Assembly: GCF_037042905.1 (NCBI RefSeq)
Contig: NC_087251.1
Span: forward strand, 33,482,001-33,546,000
DNA length: 64,000 nucleotides
Source: Lytechinus pictus
Lineage: Eukaryota
Direction of reading: 5' to 3'
Positions 1 to 11,670 of the stretch are shown piece after piece; the stretch's first letter is position 1; each line of letters starts with the position of its first letter. The position numbers were made by a program, and so were the translations under genes. Below the pieces are notes generated by a model that was not told the origin of the DNA, ran no database searches, and saw only the letters and a list, made by a program, of their open reading frames with translations.

Positions 1-300
1 ATAATATTTCCACAACAATAAGACATATTAACAATTGATAACTTGATGATGGGAAAAATTCAAATATCTATTATTAATTGTTTAAATGTATCGGATTATT
101 GTGTAAAAATATGTATTTCTAAAAGCATTGAAAACCTAGAATATTATAGTGGGCTGGATTAGTAAGATCTGGAAAGTTCAACAATCAATGATCAACTTAG
201 ATAGAGACAGAAAAACAGTTTGAAGAAAAAGAATCATTTGAAGAAAAAATTGTCAAGAAGCAGTTTTATCTAGAAAACTTTTAAACTTGAATGGTGTTAT

Positions 301-670
301 GTTTTCCATGGTGCGCATCCCGTATCCAATAGCGTCCATCACTACCGCAGCCTCTCAACCGATACTGACATACATCTCTCGGCTCTCCTTTCGCAGGCTG
401 CCAAAGCCTTAGGTGTTACCGAGGATCTCATTTTGGGATCCATTATGTCAGCAGTTGGATTTGGCTCCCCAACTTGGAGGATTGAGCCCGGAATCCAACC
501 AGGTTGGAACCATTTTCCGACCCACCCCACCCTCCTCCAGCTCATCTTTCTGTCTATCTCCATGACGAAGCAGCGGGGATAGAAGAATCCCGTTACCCAG
601 TTGTTAGGGTGAGGATCAAATCAGTGCTGCTCTGCTGCATTAGCAAGGCTTTTACAGTCCCACATAAGAC
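301..670 (-). other. Candidate exon (GC-richer block with 3' splice site)
   Basis: Acceptor ttttcactctgctacctatttag|G at 670. The block is GC-richer than its flanks. All three frames stop within 26 codons, and the 3' boundary is approximate. Confidence 0.3.
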
Positions 671-1654
671 CTAAATAGGTAGCAGAGTGAAAAGCTATAA
701 AGTCGGGTCAAAATGTGATCTGTTTTGATAGGAGTCACTTTGCCTGGATTTGCTTTTTTTTATGCCATCTCACAAAGGGTATCACTGCAAATTTAGCTAC
801 CTTTCTTGTCTAGATCTTCACCGAAGACCCATCTCCCATGCAGACCCTTTTTCTCAAAGAAATTAAGTGTCATCTTCTTATGCAATGTCTTATCTAAAAC
901 GGTGAATAAAGCTTTATTGGAGGAAAATCGCTCTGATTTTCCTGAAGTTCAACGCTGAGACTTTGCCTATTAGAGCACTTAAGGTGTTGATAAAGCCTGA
1001 ATTTCATAATACAGCCATTCTTTTTACATTTGTTTTCCTTTCCTTTTCATCTTTAAAATACCTCAAAGAGGGCACATTCTTATTCTTGAAAACCAGACGT
1101 AGTATCCTTCTTGCTCTAAGTTGATTATTTTTTTTATATCTATTTCCTTGCAAATCACTTCTTTCTCCATCAACTTAATGTTCAAATGACTCTAAAATGC
1201 AACCCATATCTAAACATCTCTCAATTCCTCTTTACCTGCTTGCAATGTCATATCATTTTTCGTTCTTATTCATTTTCTATGGGGGGCGACCGACATGTCT
1301 ATTTTCTTAGATTTTTCAACCTGGCCATTGTCATCTGAAATCCATACCTCCTAGATCGAGAAATCCATGTTACCATCTGGAAAAATCTACCCTTTTCAAA
1401 AATATACTTCTAAATCGGTGGACTGCCAGTGGAAAACGGGGATAAAATCTCCCCAAATCTGAGGGATCATTTCCCCTTTCCTTTCCCCTACGTCATGAGG
1501 CATGTGGACATACCAGCTGTATGCCACATTGATTTTTTTCCTCTCGTTACATTAAAAAGATGACAATGTCAGTCAGTTTCAGTTTATTTCATTATAGAGC
1601 AACATAGAAAACAGACAGAAGGACAAAGATAGAATGTCCATGTCAAAAGGAATT

Positions 1655-1962
1655 GGCCTGTATTCCGAATTAATTAACCTAAACCAGTTTCAGTCTGGGA
1701 TAAAAATTATGGGACACTAAACGTGTCAAACATTAGTTTACACTGTAATGTTTTTTGTGTTTACGAGGATCCTTCCCATGTTTTAATAGTAAACAAAACT
1801 ATTGTATTCATTATTTCAAGACAATTTCTCATGATTTAATGCAAGATGAGATTTTATGTTAAATCACCTAATTATGCAAATTGATGTCACCTTTGGCTAA
1901 CTATATTAAAAACACAACTTTAGTCCATGGTTTAAGATTAACCGGAGTTTGCAATATGGGCC
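1655..1962 (-). mobile_element. ~300-bp MITE, GGCC-ended TIRs (PIF/Harbinger-like), family copy 1
   Basis: Ends are GGCCTGTATTCCGAA and TTGCAATATGGGCC. The reverse complement of the right end aligns with the left ~70 bp of the element at 5339. Confidence 0.75.
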
Positions 1963-2566
1963 ACTGTGACTAATTCAAGATTGTAACGAATAATAAACAG
2001 TCAGTCAAAAGACAGTTTCATTCTTAGATGCCTTTATGAGTCCCAATTTTGTTGTGCCTAGGAATAAAGCAAAGGGGGAAAAAAAATTCTCAAAAACTTT
2101 CATGTTCAAATGAATTGCATAATCATTAACGACGTTCATAAAGAATAAATACCTTCCAAACACCTCGCAAAAATAGCTACTCAATGCTTTTTTCTCATAT
2201 ACAATTTAAGATTTCTCATGATTTAGTCAAAGAAACCATATCAAGCCATATATCATATAATACATCACTTATTTTACATATACTCCAAGATTATGAAGGT
2301 ATCGCAATTATGAAAGCATGGAGGTTATCAAAATAAGTTAATCTAAAAAGCTAAATTAGTCATAAGTACAAACATGAGTGGAATACTTGGTTCGGGCAAT
2401 AGAGTAATCAAGTCAAGATGCTCATGAATGGGAGATCTACATAGTAGTATGATGTCGACGATGGTTAAAGGCGTTAAGAATACAATAAGCAATAGCCATG
2501 CCTGAGCTGCAATGACTGTTCTTTTTTCTCTCTCCTTCCATGCTCCTCCAATGCAAGTATGTCAAG

Positions 2567-2594
2567 TGAGTCACGCGAGACGAAATTGACGTCA
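2567..2594. promoter_or_regulatory. Adjacent consensus AP-1 and CRE sites
   Basis: TGAGTCA at 2567-2573 and TGACGTCA at 2587-2594 in a CpG-containing patch. Confidence 0.35.
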
Positions 2595-3455
2595 GTGCAA
2601 CGCCGGTCACGGAGGAACACCTAAAATTGGTCGAGACTAAGAGAAGAGGAGGAAAAATTGTGACTGAAATCCTGGCAATAAGTTGACATTTTAAAAATGT
2701 TTCGAAAAAATATTTAATATTTGGACTGGTACCTTACTGACTTCCGTGTTTTTACACTATAGCAGGGCCTATTCAGTCACCAGATGCTCACAAATAGGAT
2801 ATTTACCATATAAATCTGAGGCAAACTAAAATCATTGAAAGCTTGTCTATTGCAGAGGGTTGGGGAAAGGATATGTACATGGAACACTCCTGTATTCTTG
2901 TTTTAAGATGCTTTTTATTTAATATCTTCATAGCTAAAGGCAACAAGCACTATCACATTACTCGGTATACAGAGCAATGCCAAAATTTGAATACTTTCAC
3001 TAAATATGTAGCATGGTCATTCAATGGCAGTTTCTCTTTGAAAAATGTTCAGGTTCTCATAAATTCAAATCTATCATCTATCATATCATCTATCATGATA
3101 TTCATTCAACATAAATCCGGTAATTCAGTAACTTGATATTTACTTGTAGGTAATATGGCTTCTTATGTTTGGGTATTCAAATTATCTTGTCATTCGATCA
3201 AATATAAAATGCTCACAAGTTCTTGAATTGTGCTGTGTTGTCTTAAGGAATGAAAAATATAGGTCTTTCTGGGAAAATCATGAAATCATATGGCCTTGGT
3301 GATTTTTTTTAGTAATGGAATCCTTATTGGGGTCTGGAGGTTTCTGAAGGGTCAAATGAATCCATTCGCATTCTCCACCAAATACATAGGATATGAGTGT
3401 GCTCTTGGTCTTTGGTCTTTCATCAGGTAGACCAGCCAACCAGTCAGCATCATAC

Positions 3456-3524
3456 CTTCAGGCCACGCCCTCCATGTTTGGGGAAAATATCACATCTTGG
3501 GGAAGAAAATAGGTTTCTTGCAGC
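3456..3524 (-). other. Candidate 69-nt exon
   Basis: Acceptor gttgttgtttgtctttcag|G and donor GAAG|gtatga. It is open only in phase 0; in the DBD frame (phase 1) it reads RCKKPIFFPKM-stop. Confidence 0.35.
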
Positions 3525-5338
3525 CTGAAAGACAAACAACAACATGGAAGAGTGACCCTGCTGCCCCCTGTGGCTGACATCGGCACAGCTTCTTGAGCTG
3601 TTTATGAGGAACCGGTGGTGACAACAGAGCCACAGTCCCCAGGCTGCTTCACCTAGCCTAGGTCAGACCACCATTCCTTGGGCAGACAGACCTATGGGTA
3701 TGGATGATGGGTGGTTTCATCAAGCCCCAAAGCTACCAAGGAACAGCAGCAGACTGGTAGGTGAGTCAGGGGAGAGTACTGATGGGATTCGCAGAGTGTT
3801 GCCACAGTTAGTATATTCAACTGAAGAAGTATTTCAAAAAACAACAACTCCATCCTATTAATATGTGATAACTAAACTAGAGAGATACAACATTTGTTTT
3901 AATTAAACATATCTCATGATTAATTCTCTGATTTCATCAACTACTTCAATTTCATAAAATCAAATTTTTTTACCACATTTTATAAAGGTGTGGGAGAAAA
4001 TATAATAACTTTTTCTGGGCATATTTACATAAATATTTCAAAACCACCAAATAGTACAGAATAAGGAAACAGACTACTAGCCTATTTATTAAAATATTCT
4101 TCTGTCATTCATTATAATGATTATCAGATTATCAAGGCACTAGTAATTGGAAAATATATTGAAATACTTCTCTTGGCACAAAGAACAATAAACAAATTAA
4201 CACTATATCTTAAAATTAAAATAATCTGTTGGACTATACTATCCTAAAATATATTTTAATCTCTTAAAAACACCATTAACAAGCAGTACAACATTTCCCA
4301 GTTGATCACTCTCTCCCCTTTTCCTCCAGTCCCAAACAAAGACATTTTTGTTGGGTTCTTGAGGTGTTGACACATCTCCCGAGACCTGTCGCCTTGAACT
4401 ATGTATGGTGTGGCTCTACCAGAAACAAAACAAATGGGAAATAAGCATGAGGGGGCAAAAAAAACCCTGGTTGCTAGCAGAGTTATCAATCAAGCCTGGA
4501 GTCAGTCATGGTCATTTACTCTACCACTGTTTAATTGTCGTAAACATATTCTGGGGGTCGTTGCCCCCTTCGTTACCAAGGGAGGGTGCTTTATAACCGC
4601 ACATGACTTTAACTCTAAGAACGCCAAACCAGCTACATATCTTGGGATAATATGTGTAAAAGAATATGCATGAGGAAATGTAGGCCTACATAAATGCCCC
4701 ATTACAGATAAAACATAAAGGTCACATGATATATTAAACATGTATTCCGGATATACATTTTTTATGTTAGTATGTAGGGCTAGATCTGCAAAGAATCTGT
4801 TATGCCATGAATTCTAATGTCCAAGTATAGAACAAAGGTTGCAAAGATATGATATCTTATTATATCATATTAAATCTAGACAATTTGCCCTGATCACACT
4901 ACATCTATTTTGTTATAAATTGGGTTTTAGTGTTCCACAAATAATTTTACTCGACAAATACTAAACATGTATTCCTGGTATATTTTGTCATTTTCTGGAC
5001 AGCAATGCCTTTCATCGTGAAGCATATGGAATGCACGTGCTGAGATTGAATTGAGCTGCATACATTATATGGTGCTTCTACCACATGTGGGTTTTTTTTA
5101 TATACCCTCCTTCACATGTAACGATCCCTATGGCAAACATAGTATTGATCTGTTTTTACCAAAATAGACATTCAAAAACTGACTAGTGTGCTGTGAGAGG
5201 GTACAGGGTAAAGGAAAGATGAAGCAGAAAGACAAAAGGGTAGCCAGGGATAAATTGAAAAGATGAGTGGTACAAAATGCATAGATGGGAAGCAGGGGGG
5301 GAGGCATAGCAGAAGCAAATGAGCGGTTTAGACATAAT

Positions 5339-5641
5339 GGCCTGTATTCTGAACTCGGGTTTAAATTAAACCCTGGTTTAAAGTTGTGGTTTAACTATGG
5401 AGAGCCGATTGGAGCACAAATCTCTTACAGTACACATTCAATTTATTATTAGCTCCTGTGACACCCAAATTGTTCATAATTGTATGGGAATAATAACTGA
5501 AGCATTCTTCTTCATTATGATAGCAAAAGGAAACCAAATTAATATACAATATAAGCATGATTTTTTAATTTTTGGCTTCCTATAAATTTTGCACAGAGTT
5601 AGACCGTGGTCTAAGTTCAATCTGACTTCAGAACACGGGCC
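5339..5641 (+). mobile_element. ~300-bp MITE, GGCC-ended TIRs, family copy 2
   Basis: TIRs GGCCTGTATTCTGAA / TTCAGAACACGGGCC (13/15 match), with imperfect subterminal inverted repeats continuing inward. Confidence 0.85.
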
Positions 5642-7051
5642 TATGGAAAGAGAGCTTAGAGGAGAGAGAGAGAGAGATCATGAGAAAAGGTACATCTGAG
5701 TAATTAAATGTAAGCCCCTATATAATGAAATGTCATTCAAATAATCTTATTTGAGCATATATAATGTATATATTTTATAAGATCTTAAAGTCACTTTATT
5801 TCTTGTCAATGGTGTACAAAAAAGGACTGGCCAACAGCCCCCCTCCCCCCTAGATGAAGTCCTTGATGTCCCACTGGCACAGAGCGATCAGTGCATTTAC
5901 TTTGGCCTACCACAGCTTTGTTTTATAAAACAGCAAAGTATTAAAAAATGATATCTTACAATGCATAGTAAGTATTCTTCCACTATATACAGCAACAAGA
6001 GTGTCAAATACCTCCACATTGACAGATAGAAAAAACATTGGAAATGAATTCAGTCCAATGGGGGAAATTGGGAAAAATATAATGCCCAACACTGCACACA
6101 TGAAATGGAATCTCATTTGAGCGGACAGGTTATTAATGAACAGATACTATTTGACATATACGTCTTGTTATATCTCGCCAAGCCCTAGCTCACACAAAGA
6201 GTACTATCAATTACTATTATAACCCCCGTCTTGACTGTAGCTGAGGTCTGTCACAGACCCTGCAAGAAATATATATGCCCTTCAACAGAATAGGAGAGAG
6301 ACTTACAAAAAAGATAAACAATCTGGTCATGTCAACCAATAATATGACAATATAAATGAGAAAAATTCCTCATCCCCGAACCCTGCCAGGTTACAAGCAC
6401 TTTTCCTCCCTCGGCAGACAGGCGGTTGTGGCAGAGAGCCCCGTTAGTCGTCGTCGTACATGCATGCCTGCCCTGTACACGCAGGCAGAGAGGAGATGGG
6501 TGGAGGGAGGAATACATCATAAAATATGACTTGTACACCGAGCAGAAGATTCTTCTTGGCTGTTCTCAACAACTGCGGACAACCTCCCGACATAAGAAAT
6601 CAAGTAACCTCTTAGAAAAGTGCAAACATTGGTATGCAATGGACCCCATTTTTTCCCTCCTTGCCTCTCCCTTCCTCGTCTCTCTCGCTCTTGTATTTTT
6701 CTTGAAGCATGAACTGCTAGCCACAGCTAACAATTTTGATATCTTGCATGCACGATAGAGTCCGGTCGTGATTGCAGCCGGTATGACACGCCGTGGCAAG
6801 CATACTCAAGCACCATGGTGAAGCAAGTGTAACTATATTAGTCAGTGACAGGGATTCATGATCATCATCTTCATAATCATCATTATCATCAACTGAACAG
6901 TCCATCTGAATTTTATCAACACTGAACAGATTCAAAAAAATATTTCAAGTTTACCACTTCTCCAGCTCAAATTAAGAACCACTTATACCCAGTATTTCAA
7001 ATAAAAGATTTATTCCATTTCATTCTTATTTATAAGTGTATAAAGCTTTAA

Positions 7052-7356
7052 AGGAGAGCGGATTGATCGACACTGCATGTTGTCTGTCATTGCCTGTGTG
7101 TTATAAATAGCAGTCTTGAAATACACCTTTCGAGATATTTGTTACCGACAGATAATAAATTAGCCTATAACGTTTTTGGAGGAAAGTTATCTGCTTCTCT
7201 ACTTGGTAACATCACCATTGCAGTAAATCATTCAAACGGGTCTATAATACGAGACTACACTGCTAAGAATGTTGAATTATGGGAAACGAACCTGGCCAGA
7301 CATGAGTACTTGAGAACTTGAGGTGGGGCTATCAAGGCCGCTGGTTTGCATGCCCT
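7052..7356. mobile_element. Degenerate TTAA-flanked non-autonomous DNA transposon (Kolobok-like)
   Basis: TTAA at 7048-7051 and 7357-7360 flank AGG...CCT termini; the TIR match is weak beyond that. Confidence 0.4.
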
Positions 7357-9344
7357 TTAAATTCTTTGTTTTGATACACTGTCTTTTTATGGTACAAAAT
7401 TATATAACTTTGAACGACTTATCTTTTATACACTGTTTCTATACACTGTTTCTATAACACTCCACATGGTGTACCGTAAACCACATCAGCGATTGTACAT
7501 GCCACCATGCAAACCTTCAAACAACATCTGAGTTAAAATAACTTCTTAAATATGGCAATTCTATTTTTTTTTCAAGGAAATAAATCAATTTTGAACAGTA
7601 CTGTCTCTTTTATATTTCACATGTTTTCTCAAAATTTCTAAGCTTATAAATGAATAATATTTTCATGGAAAATGAATACTATTTTCATGGAAAATGAAAG
7701 TAATTCTCCCTGACCAACTTTCCTTCCGTCTTCACTTCCTACCATCAGGAACAATTCTTGAATGCCTCCGCACAAAACGGCTGCTGATGAAATGGTGTTA
7801 TTATGATTATTAAAAGAATTAAACCGTAAACCAGGAAGAAGAAGCAATTCATAGGGTCCTGTATTAGAAGGATAATTCCTTTCTTAAGAAATTTGACCCA
7901 AAAAGGAGACATCCTGCTGAACCTTGTGTCGCCATATCATTGATTTTGCTGGTAGATTTGTTGGAGTTGACACTACTTCAGGAAGTCTCAACCCAGACAA
8001 TAGTCTTGCTTGCTTGAATAAGTTTGATACCCATATAAGAATGTTGAGAATTGGCATTTTGAAAAGAACACTAATTAAATCTCTTGAAATTTAGTTTAAT
8101 ATTTATAGGGTAAATTACTTTATTTCATAATGCACTGTATGATATTCAACCAAAAAATTGTCAATTACTATTTTGTTTTTTTACTATTTTGTTGTATAGA
8201 TGTATAAGGCAATAAAAAAGCCCACAACAATTTCTCCATTGCAAATGTCATGAACAAAGGGGAATATTGCCATCCCTGTTTATCCAATCATACCTGCAAA
8301 CATACAACAAAACAAACAAAAATTATCCATAGCTGTACAGTTTGGCCAATGCTACATGTTTCACCCCTATCTCATATCACTGCACATTGGGCCTACTATT
8401 TAAATGTTCAGTAAAGTGTGGTTGAGTTCTTCCTGTTTATGCCATTAACTAGTATCAAAACTGATTTATCAAAGGGAAAAAATACAAACAGATTTTTTGC
8501 TAATAGGCATGGCACAAATGCATCGAGTTCACTTGATCCAAAACGGCATCATGAAAATATGATAAGTGTTAACTAAATTCAACTGATGTGCAATTCAACT
8601 TGCTATGCCCGTGGCTGCTACGGGATATATCTTAGAACAGTACCCCCCCCCATATACATGGCCATCTTTGACACAAACACATATTGGAGGGGTCGTTTCT
8701 CCTTTACGTGTATCCACTGCAAAATCACTGCCATCTTCTTTTGACGAAGGAGGGCGGGGTGGCTTGCCTCCACATGACATACGATTACAGTGCACTGGGC
8801 TGAAATCTCCACTATCCTTAAATTGCTAAATAAAGATCTACAGGTAGGGATTGATTGAGTGTAGTACGCACACCGCGCTGTCATTCAATGCCCCATGTAA
8901 CGGGAACATTAGCATCGCTGGCAGCAAGAAAACCGCCAGCCTTGCTCCTCAACTGCCCCAGTTAAATACATTAATATAAATGACTCTCTCTTACATGCTA
9001 GTGAACCCTCCCCTGCACTTTTAGTCAAGAATCTTATCCCTGAGAAGTTTTTGACCCTTTTTTTTCTTTGGTTTTTCTATTTGTGGTCTGTTGTTTCTCT
9101 TTCTATAAGCGTTGATATTTTGTTTGAATTTTTAATTTCATGAACAAAATAGATAACAATATTTTGTTCAAAGTGATAGACAATCTGCTCATCATTTTTT
9201 TACATCCACTCAATGTGATTTCTTCATTCAGTTGAAACAAAAACCAGTTCCAATGGAAGCTGATAACATAGTCTCAAATTAGTCAAATATGCTAATGTTT
9301 TTCCTCCTCCTCATATTGACAATCTTCATTAATTATCGTCAACA

Positions 9345-9592
9345 TTACACCATCATCAAGATCATCACCATCATCAAAATCATCATCACCATCACCACCA
9401 CCACAATCATCATCATAATTACCATCACCATCATTATCATTATCATTACCATCACCATTATCATCATTATCATCATCATCATCATCATCATAATTACCAT
9501 TACCATCATTATCATCATCATCATCACTACTATCATATTCATCATCATCATCTTCGTCGTCATTACCATCACCCGCCTCTTCCTCTTCATCA
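9345..9592 (+). repeat. Imperfect (ATC/ACC/ATT)n trinucleotide microsatellite
   Basis: Directly visible; it explains the poly-I, poly-D and poly-M ORFs at 9289-9693. Confidence 0.97.
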
Positions 9593-11239
9593 CAAACTAT
9601 CATTTCTCTATGAGCGATCTCTTCTCTCTGAAACCTTTTACAAACTCACCTGAAAACACGTCACACATGTACCAGTCTTTTATGACGCAATAAACCATCA
9701 ATTCTTGAGCAAATCAGCTCGTAATACTCTTTTAATGATCATTAAATTGGCAACACTTACACCACAAGTGGCTGCTCAAATCCACTGATTAATTAGAATC
9801 ATGGAGCCCCTGCCAACTTTTTTTTCCTCCTTCAATGAAACAGTCAAACGTGTTCTTTTCCACAATAATCAGAAGACTTCAATGTCACGTCTTCCCTATT
9901 GCTCTATTACTCAACGCTATAAAGATTCCACTTTCATATTAGAATTAACACTTTACCTGTGCTATTGTACTTTTATTTTATGACCAGTGTATGGTAGCTT
10001 TAAAAACAAGTCAACACAGAGACAGACCAGTGACTCTTATGAGGGAATTTGTCGACAAAGAATAGAAAGGGAAAGGGGAAAACAAAAGACGGTTACAGAT
10101 TGTCAAGGTATGGGGAAAGAAGCAAAGAAAGAAGAGAGTTAATACATGAAAAAAATAGACATCAGAAAGAAAGATGGAGAAAGATTTAATTTGAATGAGA
10201 GAAAGAAATTATCATGACTGAGACAAGAGCAAAAGTAATATATAAAATGCAATCCATCACAGAATGAAACTATGTGTTTGGTAATAAAATGCTGGAGTTT
10301 AAAAAAAAGGCGGATTAATTCCATTCAAGATGTTAATGTTAATGAAAGTACAGGCAGTCTATAATAAATACCTATCTATATCTAGGGCAAACAGCCTTTA
10401 CAAAGCAACCACAATGTATCGCCTGATTGGACCTTTAAAGGCAAAGAGGTTGTTGCCATGGTGATGGATGAGTGATGAGGCAAGGAAGACATGAAGGAGG
10501 ATGGGAGCAGGATGGAAATTGACTCATTACCATGATGGATAATTGTCGTTAATCTGGCTGTCGTGAGATTCCGACAGATTTGAGGGGAGGCGTTCGTTTT
10601 CGCTTCGTGTTTTCAACTCCTTCCAAAATCACCCGCAGGGCGCATTTGGAGAAGGCGTGGAGCGACTTGACGAGAACTGATTACAATTAATCAATTACTC
10701 AGCTTCAGGGATAACAATGATGATCGCATGTGAAGCAACCTGATTGAGTATATCCTCAAAGGCGTAATGTACTTATCAATTCGCATTCATCATTTCTAGG
10801 ACAAAAACAATTCACATATTTTCTGGTATTTCTTTATAGCATGATGGCAATTGCTGCATTCTTTATATACCTAAGCAAAGGTTTGAGGATGCAACATCCA
10901 CTTATTACCTTCATATTACAATATTTTAAAGGAGAGAAATAATCATAATTTCAAACACTATCAATATCTCTAATGAATTCTAAAATACAATAGGCAAATC
11001 ATTATTCACATCCTTTACTGATGATGAAATTCTCAAAATATCTCCCAATTCCTGTAATTTTACCGGAATGAATACAAATGACAACTACAGAAGTTTTCAT
11101 GCAATCAAAAGAGTTGGAATCACGACTTCACAGTTACAAAATCTTACATGGAGAAGATCACTTTGTGATCCTTTTCTCATTCCCCCATGTAGAAATTCCT
11201 TTTACATTGTCAAGGAAACAGGTTGAGAATTTGGTGAAA

Positions 11240-11259
11240 TTGACCTGGATCAAGGTCAA
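11240..11259. promoter_or_regulatory. Putative nuclear-receptor response element, everted repeat ER6
   Basis: TGACCT-ggatca-AGGTCA with two perfect half-sites; it includes TCAAGGTCA. Confidence 0.4.
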
Positions 11260-11500
11260 GTCTGGAGAAACATTCCTGTGGTGGTTGGCTGTGAAGTCTG
11301 GTCTACAACTGGAGGGGTCATTAACTAGTCATTTAGATGTGACAGAACCTAGTCAGTAGTCACACAATTGAAACAGATTCCACACTAATAAAAACTATTT
11401 CAGTATTTTCCATGAGATATCATTGGTCGATTTGAAGTCCGTTTCATGGGTGTGGCTGTGGCATTAGGGAGGGCAGCAGAGAACCATTTTCTTATATCTG

Positions 11501-11670
11501 GGGGCCGTTTCATAGCTGTTCGTAAGTTCAGAGCGACTTTAAGAACGACTGGTGAACCTTTCCTACGCGCTAACCCATCGACAATGGTGTATAGCATTTA
11601 CCAAAAGAAAGTATCACCAGTCGTTCTTAAAGTCACTCTTATTTTACGAACAGCTTTATGAAACACCCAC
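11501..11670. mobile_element. Palindromic ~170-bp MITE (Harbinger-like)
   Basis: Arms gtttcatagctgttcgtaag..agagcgactttaagaacgactggtga and tcaccagtcgttcttaaagtcactct..ttacgaacagctttatgaaac are reverse complements over ~55 bp. Flanks are CTG/CAG. Confidence 0.88.

Noticed and set aside
6332..6935. Cluster of overlapping ORFs as a possible hinge/LBD exon
   Set aside because: No LBD signature and no continuous open frame with convincing splice sites.
9289..9693. Overlapping ORFs rich in Ile, Asp or Met
   Set aside because: These are translations of an (ATC)n microsatellite.
11400..11661. Antiparallel ORFs with similar peptides (SPVVLKV)
   Set aside because: Artefact of the palindromic MITE.
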